Shown: piece by piece, positions 1 to 8,828 of the stretch
Position numbering within the stretch: position 1 is the first letter of the stretch
Layout of the letters: each line of letters starts with the position of its first letter
Origin: Chloropicon primus
Lineage: Eukaryota
Length of the DNA: 64,000 nucleotides
Direction of reading: 5' to 3'
Assembly: GCA_023205875.1 (NCBI GenBank)
Contig: CP060769.1
Location: forward strand, 248,001-312,000
Notes under the pieces: model-generated
The model's input: the letters and a program-made list of their open reading frames with translations, nothing else
Databases searched by the model: none
What the model was told of the DNA's origin: nothing
Made by a program: the position numbers and the translations under genes

Positions 1-648
1 GTGACGAACGTGGAGACCACCCACTACATCCTGGGTTCGGTGGCCGGGCCCCACCCCTACCCGATGATGGTGAGAGACTTCCACGCCGTGATCGGCAAGG
101 AGACGAGGGCGCAGTGCCTGGAGAAGTTCGGCGGCAAGCCGGACATCCTCATGGCGTGCATTGGCGGCGGCAGCAACGCCATGGGACTCTTCCACGACTT
201 CGTGGAGGACGAGGACGTGAGGCTCATCGGCGTCGAGGCCGCTGGAGATGGCTTGGACACCGACAGGCACGCCGCCACCCTGACGTACGGCCAGCCCGGG
301 GTCCTGCACGGATCGTTCAGCAAGCTCTTGCAGGACCACGACGGCCAGGTCATCGAGCCTCACAGCATCAGCGCTGGTTTGGATTACCCCGGCGTTGGCC
401 CTGAGCACTCCTTCTTGCAAGACATCGGGAGGGCCGAGTACTACGGAATCTCCGACAAGGAGGCCCTCAAGGCGTTCGAGCTCGTGTCCAGGATGGAGGG
501 AATCATCCCCGCGCTGGAGACCTCCCACGTCTTGGCGTACCTCGACAAGCTCTGCCCTACCCTGAAGAACAACGAGAGGATCGTGGTGAACTGCAGCGGG
601 AGGGGAGACAAGGACGTCCAATCGGCGTCGAAGCACTTTGACTTTTGA
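1..648 (+). CDS. trpB: Tryptophan synthase beta chain, C-terminal part (5' end outside window)
   Basis: Motifs [50 protein letters not shown] and NCSGRGDKD. Confidence 0.97.
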   Translation: MTNVETTHYILGSVAGPHPYPMMVRDFHAVIGKETRAQCLEKFGGKPDILMACIGGGSNAMGLFHDFVEDEDVRLIGVEAAGDGLDTDRHAATLTYGQPGVLHGSFSKLLQDHDGQVIEPHSISAGLDYPGVGPEHSFLQDIGRAEYYGISDKEALKAFELVSRMEGIIPALETSHVLAYLDKLCPTLKNNERIVVNCSGRGDKDVQSASKHFDF

Positions 649-758
649 GGCAAGGAAACATTGGTGAACAAAAACCGCCGGAGCAAGCGCCCGGTCGCCC
701 ATCTATATATATGTGACTGTAAAACTGTTTACTTACTCGAAAGGCCCCTCCTCCTTGG

Positions 759-1757
759 TCACATCTCGTCGACGAAGACGTCCTCGACTCGCTCGAGGCA
801 CGTGTCCTGCCGAAGCCAGTGCTTGAGCCACGACGTGTAGTTCGGCAGCCTCACCGCCCGGGCGTGGTCGACGAAGGAGGATTCCCCGGAGAAGACGTCG
901 AAGTCGAGCTCCCCGCCGCTCAGGATGCCGACCTGAAGGTGCTCCCCGGGCCTCAACGCGGAGGGGTAGAAAATTGGGGCGCCCGAGTCACCGTTGCAGC
1001 TCGCCTTGCCCCGCCGCCGCATGCAAATCGTCTCCGATGTGCAGAACGTCCCGCCGTGCTTGCTACAGGCGGGGTCCGCCTCGCAGTCCACGATGCTGTA
1101 CTCCATCTTTGACATGTCGTCCACCTCATCCGCGGCGGACACCTCGTACACGCAGTGGGTCTCCGTATCGCCAAAGCCGACGACCGTAACGTTCTTGGGG
1201 GCCTCCACGGCTCCCGTGAATATTTTGACCGGGTTGTGGGTCTGGCACGTCTCGAGGAATACCAAGGCGAGATCCCAGAAGGCCGAGCCCCGGCGGTACT
1301 CGAACGGCTCCCCAACGACGATCTTCTTGACCCCCACCACGTGCCGGTCCCCGTCCCCGTCGTGCGCCCAAACGGAGGCCGACTTCCCCAGCACCGCCTT
1401 GTACCCCTCGCTGACCTCCCGCTGCTCCCTGTACCTCCCCGCGAAGTCGTTGTCGTACTCGTAGATCTCGTCGTCCTTGTGAAAACAATGGGCGGCGGTG
1501 AGAATGACGCCCGGGGACACCAAGCTCGCCGAGCACATGTGGTGAAGCTTCCCCGTGTCCCTCACCATAACGAGCGAGGCGCCGAAGGGGTAGTCGTCAA
1601 CCGAGGTCGTCACCCCGTTGAAAACCTGGAGGTCTCTCCCCCCCGCCCCCGGGAGGGCGAGGGCGAGAAGAACGACCCCGAGACAAACAAAACAACGCGG
1701 GACGAACGACGACAACAACGAGGAGGAGGACAAGGCGGCCTCGAACATCATCTCCAT
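759..1757 (-). CDS. Secreted S1 (trypsin-fold) serine protease
   Basis: Hydrophobic signal segment; RDLQ|VFNG activation-like N-terminus; triad motifs TAAHC, WDLALV and CNGDSGAP. Confidence 0.9.
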   Translation of the reverse strand: MEMMFEAALSSSSLLSSFVPRCFVCLGVVLLALALPGAGGRDLQVFNGVTTSVDDYPFGASLVMVRDTGKLHHMCSASLVSPGVILTAAHCFHKDDEIYEYDNDFAGRYREQREVSEGYKAVLGKSASVWAHDGDGDRHVVGVKKIVVGEPFEYRRGSAFWDLALVFLETCQTHNPVKIFTGAVEAPKNVTVVGFGDTETHCVYEVSAADEVDDMSKMEYSIVDCEADPACSKHGGTFCTSETICMRRRGKASCNGDSGAPIFYPSALRPGEHLQVGILSGGELDFDVFSGESSFVDHARAVRLPNYTSWLKHWLRQDTCLERVEDVFVDEM

Positions 1758-1930
1758 CTCGTGCCGTTTCGTCGTTCAGTCGGCGCCCGAAAGCTGCGAG
1801 GTCGCAAAGGAAACCAACCTCTCGGTCTCTCGCCTCGCTCACCCTTACGGCGGTTGTACTGTGGTGCTCTCCCACTCTCTCGCCCGAGTCGCCCAAAGAG
1901 TGACGCTCTCTCGCGCGCTCTCTCTCTCCG

Positions 1931-1970
1931 CCACTGGCGGTTACACTGTGCCACTGGCGGTTACACTGTG
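1931..1970. repeat. 20-bp perfect tandem duplication (CCACTGGCGGTTACACTGTG)x2 upstream of protease 1
   Basis: Read directly; a degenerate third copy of the core lies at about 1849-1874. Confidence 0.85.
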
Positions 1971-2126
1971 GTGCTCTTCCCACAACAGCGGGGCCCGAAA
2001 TGTGGAGGCCAAGATGACCTTGGCCCAATATTGGATTAACAGGACAGTTAACGCCACCAAGACAATGCTGGGGACTTGACTTGATGGAGGGGAGTGTGTT
2101 GCTTCCCTCTTCGAAGTACCAGGCTG

Positions 2127-3800
2127 CTACCGTCGCGAGAGCTGCCCCTGGACCTCGGCGTAGTCCATGAAGAGGTCCTCGACGGAGAGGTCGGAGCGTT
2201 CGAGGCAGGTGTCCTTGCTCAGCCACTTCTTGAGCCAGGAGGTGTACGCTGGGAGGAGGGCGCCCGTGGCGTGGTCAATGAAGCCGGTGGTGTCCATGTT
2301 CCTGACGTACGCGCCCTTTTCGTGGGTGGAGGGCTTGGCGCTGAGAATCTCGCCGCCGCTCAGCACTCCGACCTGGACGTGCTTCGCCTTCCCCCTGGGG
2401 TGGGCCTTCCTCCTGGGCCCGGCGCCCCCGGCCTTCTTCTGGAACTCTCGTCTCCACCTGTCCTCGACGACGCCCGTCGCGTTCCCGCCCCCCTCCTCCT
2501 CCTCCTCGACGACGCCAGCGCCAGCGCCCGTCGGGGGATCCCTGTACTTGCTCGTCGCCGACGCCTCCGTGTCCGGCGGGATCTCGGAGACCCTCAGGTC
2601 GCTCCAGTGCGAGTACCGGTCCATCGCCACCAGTCTGAGCTCCTCGTTGTCCGAGTAGATGACCTCCCCGTCCAGGGAGGACCCGTGCTTTCGGACGGGC
2701 TCGAACGGAGCGTCGTCGACCTCCTCCCTGGGCAGGGACAGGACGTCGGTCCAGTGGGCGTACGCGGTGACCTCCTCCCCGGCCGACCTGAAGCTGGAGG
2801 GGAACTCGTAGAAGACCGGCCCGCCTGAGTCCCCGGTGCAAGACGCGGCATTGAGCTGAGTCATGCACATGATGAGCGACTGGTCACACCTGTGGGGGTG
2901 CTTGACGCAAACCTTGTCCGTCACGCAGCTCTTCACGTCATACGTCATCGACTGAAGGGGATCGTAAGCGTCCTTCCCGCTGTGTGGCGTGACGCAGAAG
3001 CCCTCCGAGTCCCCGAAGCCCAGGATCGAAACCTCTGAGGGGAGCTTGTGGTTCTGCCTGACTCGAAGGAGGTCGGAAGGGCACCCGCACTGCGAGGTGT
3101 AGTGCCCGCCTGCTTTCGCGCACGCTTCCTCCGTCCTCGGACCGTCCTCGCAGCCCATGCACTGGTGCACCGTGAGGTCGAAGCAACCCATGCCGGACTG
3201 CTCCGTGGAGGAGAAGGCGCTCACCACGCCATCTCCGCCCTCCTCGGCCTCCTCCCCGGCCAGCATCCTGATGGGGTCGACGTCCTCCTTGCAGTCCTCC
3301 AGGAACACCAAGGCGATGTCCCAAATCGCGGAGCTCCTCTTGAACACGAAGGGCTCGCCCACGACGATCTTCTTGACGCCAACAGTGTCCGACACGGCGT
3401 GGGGTCCGGACTTGCCCTTCCCGAAGACGACGCGGTAAGACCTCAGGAGGTCCCTCTCGTAGTCCTCCCTCCCCTCGAAGTCGTTGTCGAAGTCGTAGAT
3501 GGCGCCGAACTCCATGAAGCAGTGAGCGGCGGTCAGGATCACGCCCGGGGACACCAAGCTGCCCGTGCACAGCGGATTGCAAGTTTGGCCACGGTCGGAG
3601 TACGCCGAGACCTCCGGGTCAGCCCTCCCACCACCACCGAGCCTGTCCGAGCAGATGATGGCACTGAACGGGTAGTCCCACCGGTCGGCGGGGCTCCCGT
3701 TGTAGATCAACGGCCTCCTGTGCGGCGGCGCTTCTTCGTGGGCCGATCCCGAGGCGAGCAGCAGCGAGAAGGCCACCGCCAGCACCCGCGTCGCCTTCAT
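2127..3800 (-). CDS. Secreted S1 serine protease paralog with two large in-frame insertions
   Basis: ATG at 3800 (MKATRVLAVAFSLLLA signal); RRPL|IYNG; TAAHC, WDIALV and CTGDSGGP; collinear with the 759..1757 protease. Confidence 0.9.
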   Translation of the reverse strand: MKATRVLAVAFSLLLASGSAHEEAPPHRRPLIYNGSPADRWDYPFSAIICSDRLGGGGRADPEVSAYSDRGQTCNPLCTGSLVSPGVILTAAHCFMEFGAIYDFDNDFEGREDYERDLLRSYRVVFGKGKSGPHAVSDTVGVKKIVVGEPFVFKRSSAIWDIALVFLEDCKEDVDPIRMLAGEEAEEGGDGVVSAFSSTEQSGMGCFDLTVHQCMGCEDGPRTEEACAKAGGHYTSQCGCPSDLLRVRQNHKLPSEVSILGFGDSEGFCVTPHSGKDAYDPLQSMTYDVKSCVTDKVCVKHPHRCDQSLIMCMTQLNAASCTGDSGGPVFYEFPSSFRSAGEEVTAYAHWTDVLSLPREEVDDAPFEPVRKHGSSLDGEVIYSDNEELRLVAMDRYSHWSDLRVSEIPPDTEASATSKYRDPPTGAGAGVVEEEEEGGGNATGVVEDRWRREFQKKAGGAGPRRKAHPRGKAKHVQVGVLSGGEILSAKPSTHEKGAYVRNMDTTGFIDHATGALLPAYTSWLKKWLSKDTCLERSDLSVEDLFMDYAEVQGQLSRR

Positions 3801-4464
3801 CGTCGCGTGTGGCGGGTGCCGAAAACGAAACGCCCGTAACGGCCAGGCAGCAGCTCGCACACGCTGAGTGTGTGTGTGTGTGTGTGGGAGGGAGGGAGAT
3901 TGCGTGCGCGCGCGCGGAGAGAGCCCTTTTCAGGGAGGGGAGCAAGAATGCGGTTCGAGGAAAGCAGGTTTCGTTAGGGCGTCGGCATCCAAAAAAAATT
4001 CAAAAAGTGGCTGAGGCTTCCTCCTCTCGCTTGTTTTTCGCCCCTCACGTCCTCGTCCGTTTGCCATTTTCTTCGAGCGAGGGACGAAACGAGAGAGAAC
4101 GGGACGATGGATTCGTCTGCGACCCTCGATCCGGTCACGTCGCCGCGAGTCGCCGCCCGTCGCCCAGCAGACCACTCACCTCTTCCCCTCCTCTTCGCTG
4201 CCGTTGACCGACCACCCCAAAAAGTGATGATTTTTGATCTCGAAAATCTCAAGGTCCAGCCTGGCCTCTGAGGAGGACAAGGAACAGAGGGGTGAAGGAG
4301 GGAGGCAAGGAGGGCGGGTCTTCGCGTTCCCTTGCCCCTCCCTTTAATGAATCTCTCTGTCTCTCTTTGACACACCACCCACTGCAAGGATTGTGGGAAA
4401 ACACAGAATCTTTGTTTGTGTGTATTACAGGTTAAGGCAGGTTGCAGGTTGATTATATAGGATT

Positions 4465-5076
4465 TCCCTCGGCTCGCTCTTACTTTCCCACCGAGTGGAT
4501 CACAGCCTGGTGGAGGACTGGCTCATGGTGGCAGGGGATGTCGGTAACGTGATCTCCCACAGCCCACTTGCAACGCGTACCGTAGGCGCCGGCGGCACCG
4601 CCAACGCCCGCGGCCGTGCCGACTCCAAGCTCTCCCGCCCCGATCTTCTGGGCGTTCTTGTCCCCCGTGGCCAAACCATAAGCCTCGGTTCCAGCGCCGG
4701 CCACGTCGAGGGCCGCTCCGCCGATGGCCGCGGCCTGGGCGATGTGATGGCCAACGCCCCCGCCCTGCTTGTGAGGGAGGATGCCGTTGGCGTTGTGCAG
4801 AAGCTTCCTCATATCCAAAGCGGACGCCGAGCCCGTCACGAGCATCGCAAAGATGGCAGTGGCCTTCATCAAACTCATGGTCATCTTACTTGCTTGGCTT
4901 GATTGTTGCTGGTAGTAGGAGGTGTACTCGGTAACGGCTGGGTTGTTTGCTTGCTTGGTTGCTTGCTTGGTTGCTTGGTTCGTTCGTTGACAAAAAAGTG
5001 CGTGGCGGTGGGTCGACGACAGGGCTGTTCGTTCTGTTTGATGTGACCCATCAACCATCCCTGGCTAATACCCTGG
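4465..5076. repeat. ~600-bp direct repeat, copy 1 (partner about 6235..6840)
   Basis: 4586..4957 matches 6353..6724 exactly by eye; similarity decays on both sides. Confidence 0.92.
4480..4884 (-). CDS. Small secreted Gly/Ala-rich (glycine-zipper-like) prepropeptide, copy 1 (134 aa)
   Basis: ATG at 4884; signal peptide, RKLL motif, GxxxG-rich core and C-terminal Cys pair; the duplicate at 6250..6651 keeps the frame. Confidence 0.8.
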   Translation of the reverse strand: MTMSLMKATAIFAMLVTGSASALDMRKLLHNANGILPHKQGGGVGHHIAQAAAIGGAALDVAGAGTEAYGLATGDKNAQKIGAGELGVGTAAGVGGAAGAYGTRCKWAVGDHVTDIPCHHEPVLHQAVIHSVGK

Positions 5077-5181
5077 CTTCTGGCCTGGGCCTAGTCATGA
5101 GAGTCACTCCGCCGTGATCCAGCTTTGGAGAGACGAAATGGATTCAGAGAAAAAAATCCAAAATCAGTCGATGGAGAGAAG

Positions 5182-5211
5182 ATGAAGAAGATGAGATTGA
5201 CGACGATGGCG

Positions 5212-5243
<32 letters not shown>

Positions 5244-6018
5244 TGCGGCGTTGGCCGCCTTGGTGATGGGGTCCGCGACCGTCCAGGGGATCTCGTACGA
5301 CGCTGACCCACGGTTTATGCAGTGCATGCAGAGCATTATGGATGAGCCATCCATTCCGAACGAGTACGGCACGACCGACAGCTTTCCTCAAGACTGTGGC
5401 TTGGTGTATCCCTTCTCCAACATCTACAACAAGGAAGAGGTGATTGTCGGGGAGTTCATTGCGAGGAGCTGCGGGGAGTGCGCTGCAGCGTGTGCGGCAT
5501 CCGCCGGCCCCGCGGTGCTGCCCGAATCCGTCATGAAGACCATGGGCGTCGCCGAGCAGGATCAGCTCGGCACCATTTTGCCTGGCAGCTACAACAACGT
5601 TTGCTCGGATTGGGTTTGGTGCGATCCCTACGAGGTGGACATCGGGTCGTACGGCTCATGCTACGACAAGTTCTCCATGGAGGTTAAGGTCCAGCCTTCT
5701 AACACTTGGCCGAGCGACTACAGAGGCGTCGACCCCCCCTACAACGGGACAGATGTCGCGGACCCCTTTAGGCCGGACAACTGCTTGGGCCGCTGGAGGG
5801 AGGGCAAGTTCGAGGCGTACTCCACCCAGGTCGGACAGCCCGCGTTCCTCGTCGGCTCGCAGAAGGGCTGCAGAACGAGATCAGGCAAGGTGATTCCAGC
5901 GGGAACGTGCACGCTGAAGTCCATCAGGTCCACGAACTTCAACGACCACCTCTACAGCCAGTACTTGGACAAGGACACCGAAGCGTTCATGTCCGGCATG
6001 TGTCAGTGGACCCTGTAA
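5182..6018 (+). CDS. Secreted Cys-rich protein with PAN/Apple-like Cys pattern
   Basis: Signal-like hydrophobic stretch; SCGECAAAC...CSDWVWC...CTLK...SG follows the PAN_4 pattern with long loops; first plausible ATG at 5182. Confidence 0.7.
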
Positions 6019-6249
6019 GCAAGCACAAGCGGCGCAGCAAGTTGCGACAAAAGTGTATTAAACGATGTAAAAACAAGAACGATTACCTTCGCGCTTCTTT
6101 CTCCGCTTCATCCTTGGGGCTTGGCTTGCCCGGCGACTCCTCTCGACTGGAAGCGATCGGTGACAATGAATAACGACCTTGAAAAGTATATGAAATAGTG
6201 ACGAATGCCTTCGCACACAATAATATTAGGGCTGTCCCTCGGCTCACTC

Positions 6250-6651
6250 TTACTTTCCCACCGAGTGGATCACAGCCTGCTGGACGGGCCCCTTGTGGCA
6301 GGGGATGTCGGACTTGTGGTCTCCCACAGCCCACTTGCAACGCGTCGCGACCGCGCCGGCGGCACCGCCAACGCCCGCGGCCGTGCCGACTCCAAGCTCT
6401 CCCGCCCCGATCTTCTGGGCGTTCTTGTCCCCCGTGGCCAAACCATAAGCCTCGGTTCCAGCGCCGGCCACGTCGAGGGCCGCTCCGCCGATGGCCGCGG
6501 CCTGGGCGATGTGATGGCCAACGCCCCCGCCCTGCTTGTGAGGGAGGATGCCGTTGGCGTTGTGCAGAAGCTTCCTCATATCCAAAGCGGACGCCGAGCC
6601 CGTCACGAGCATCGCAAAGATGGCAGTGGCCTTCATCAAACTCATGGTCAT
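6250..6651 (-). CDS. Small secreted Gly/Ala-rich prepropeptide, copy 2 (133 aa)
   Basis: ATG at 6651; identical to copy 1 except in the last ~35 aa. Confidence 0.8.
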   Translation of the reverse strand: MTMSLMKATAIFAMLVTGSASALDMRKLLHNANGILPHKQGGGVGHHIAQAAAIGGAALDVAGAGTEAYGLATGDKNAQKIGAGELGVGTAAGVGGAAGAVATRCKWAVGDHKSDIPCHKGPVQQAVIHSVGK

Positions 6652-6825
6652 CTTACTTGCTTGGCTTGATTGTTGCTGGTAGTAGGAGGTGTACTCGGTA
6701 ACGGCTGGGTTGTTTGCTTGCTTGTTTGCTTGTTTGCTTGCTTGGTTCGTTCGTTGACAAAAAAAGTGCGTGGTGGTCGACGGGTTGTTCGTTCTGTTTG
6801 AGGTGGAGGACTGAACCATCCCTGC

Positions 6826-6833
6826 TTATATAG
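6826..6833 (-). promoter_or_regulatory. TATA box (CTATATAA) of prepropeptide copy 2
   Basis: Canonical TATA about 175 nt upstream of ATG 6651. Confidence 0.55.
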
Positions 6834-7126
6834 TCCCTGGCCATGTGCATGACCCTGCCCCCTGCTCAGGTCATGCACACATGATCTTGATTTGCGCCGT
6901 CAAAAGTCTGCAAGCGACGGACGCGATCGCATCCTCGCGGAGTGCTTTCAGTTTTCAGTTCTGGGCGCGAGAGGTGTCCACGGAGAGGGAGCGCGACCAA
7001 GACAGAACGAAAGCACGTCTCGCGAGCTTTCCGTCGAGTGGTCGGTTGCTTTTTTTGGGTTCCGAGAGAAGCGTGTTCGGTCGAGTCTTTTGCATCGCAT
7101 CGCAATCAACGCAAGGGGGAAGGAAG

Positions 7127-8284
7127 ATGAAGATGAAGATGAAGGAGGGAAAGAGTCGAGGAGTATGCTACCAGGGCGTGGAGAAGTCGTCGTTCGCTTA
7201 CAAGATGATGAACAAGCTCGGTTGGAGCGAAGGTCGCGGCCTCGGGGCGAACGAGCAAGGGATCACGTCACACATCCGAGCGAAGAAGAAGGACGACAAC
7301 GAGGGGGTTGGGGTGGCGGAGGCGGCCAAGGCCAAGGGCGACTGGACAGTGAACACCTCGGCGTACGATAAGATACTGAGCAACCTTCGGAGCCACCACG
7401 AGGAGGGCGAGGGCGGCGAGGCGGCGACGACGTCCGGTGCGGCGGCGGAGGCGAAGGGAAAGAGGTCCAAGGGGAAGGAGAAGAAGTCCAAGAGGAAGCT
7501 GGTGAGGGCGGCGGGGAGGTACAAGAAGAGGGAGAGCGCCAAGGTGGTGAAGAACTATTCCGCGGAGGACCTCGCTGCTATCTTGGGGACGAACTCTGAG
7601 GACGTGTTCGCTCAGGTGAGTCAGAGGGACTGCTCTGCGGCGGGCGACGACAAGGAGGGGCAGGAGGAGGAGGAGCCGAAGAGGAAGAGGATCGTGATAG
7701 AGCTGGAGCTGGCGGAGAACAAGCTGATGAAGGACTACAAGCCGGTGAAGCTGACGAGCGACTGGTGGGGCTTCAAGATGTTCACGCAGAGCACGAGGCT
7801 GCTGGGGGATCAGGAGGTCAAGGTGAAGGGCGACAAGTCCGACTTCACGGAGCAGGACCAGGAGGACATCTACACCAACGCCAAGAACAGCGTGCTCGGC
7901 AAGCGCATCGGCCTTGGCATGGGGAGCAGGGAGAAGTGGGAGGGGGGGAAGTGGGAGGGGGAGAAGAAGACGTTCGACGACGAGGAGGACGGGAGCGAGG
8001 AGGAGGACGAGGGGGAGATGAGCTTCTTCTTCCGGGGGGAGTCCTCGAAGAAGTTCGGGGTGGGCAAGAAGGAGGGCGACGCCGTGTCCAAGTCCAAGCT
8101 CAAGGACCTCATCGTGAGCGCCCTCAAGGCGAACAAGAAGAAGAAGATGAAGGCGAAGAAGCTCAAGGACCACGTCTTCGCGCAGGTCGCCGAGAACGTG
8201 GCGAACGTCGAGAAGTTCTTCAAGGTTCTCCAGTCGAACTCGTCCAAGTTCGGGTACGACGGCAAGAGGGTCAAGCTAACTTAA
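7127..8284 (+). CDS. G-patch domain protein (PINX1/Pxr1/GPATCH4-like, nucleolar)
   Basis: N-terminal G-patch SFAYKMMNKLGWSEGRGLGANEQGITSHI followed by KxDxxGVG; Lys/Glu-rich tail; ATG at 7127. Confidence 0.85.
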   Translation: MKMKMKEGKSRGVCYQGVEKSSFAYKMMNKLGWSEGRGLGANEQGITSHIRAKKKDDNEGVGVAEAAKAKGDWTVNTSAYDKILSNLRSHHEEGEGGEAATTSGAAAEAKGKRSKGKEKKSKRKLVRAAGRYKKRESAKVVKNYSAEDLAAILGTNSEDVFAQVSQRDCSAAGDDKEGQEEEEPKRKRIVIELELAENKLMKDYKPVKLTSDWWGFKMFTQSTRLLGDQEVKVKGDKSDFTEQDQEDIYTNAKNSVLGKRIGLGMGSREKWEGGKWEGEKKTFDDEEDGSEEEDEGEMSFFFRGESSKKFGVGKKEGDAVSKSKLKDLIVSALKANKKKKMKAKKLKDHVFAQVAENVANVEKFFKVLQSNSSKFGYDGKRVKLT

Positions 8285-8569
8285 GGAGTTGTGATGGAAG
8301 GGAAGGGAAAGAAAACACGCATACACACGCACACGCATACATACCATTCCATTCTTGCTCTCTCTTTCTTTCTTCATCATCATCGTAAGCGTGTGTTGGA
8401 GCCAAAAAAAAAAGAAATGGAAAGGCGTGTGAGAAGTTTGAGAGAGAGAGTCACCTCCACCACCACCACCCCTATATCCCATTCATTCAATCAAAAGGAC
8501 AATCGGTCCTCCTTGCCTTGGCCTTCCGACCTCTAGATATTTTCCCAGGGACCCACGACCATGGGAGAC

Positions 8570-8578
8570 AAACCCTAA
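8570..8578 (+). promoter_or_regulatory. Telo-box-like motif AAACCCTAA
   Basis: Single exact motif in the intergenic region upstream of the CDPK; may be chance. Confidence 0.25.
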
Positions 8579-8828
8579 GAGCTAATCACGGAAAAACGGA
8601 GGGAGAGAGAGAAGAGAAGAGGACTTGAACTTTGAAAACGTTGGGCTTCGCGTCGCAGCATCTACATTGCTTGGACGCTCTCAGTCCGCGACCCTTCACC
8701 CCTGTCGTTTCCTACTACTTTTTCTTCCACCGCAAACGAGCGCGCGCGCACCAGAGCCCGAGGCGTTACGGTCAAACGCACACACGCACGTTACAGTTTC
8801 GGAGTGGAGTCGTCAGTCGTCAGTCGTG

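Larger units (their letters stand above)
6235..6840. repeat. ~600-bp direct repeat, copy 2
   Basis: Partner of 4465..5076. Confidence 0.92.

Noticed and set aside
4885..5058. Extended N-termini of the prepropeptide ORFs (also 6652..6819)
   Set aside because: They lie upstream of the signal peptide, contain microsatellite indels and diverge between copies; most likely 5' UTR
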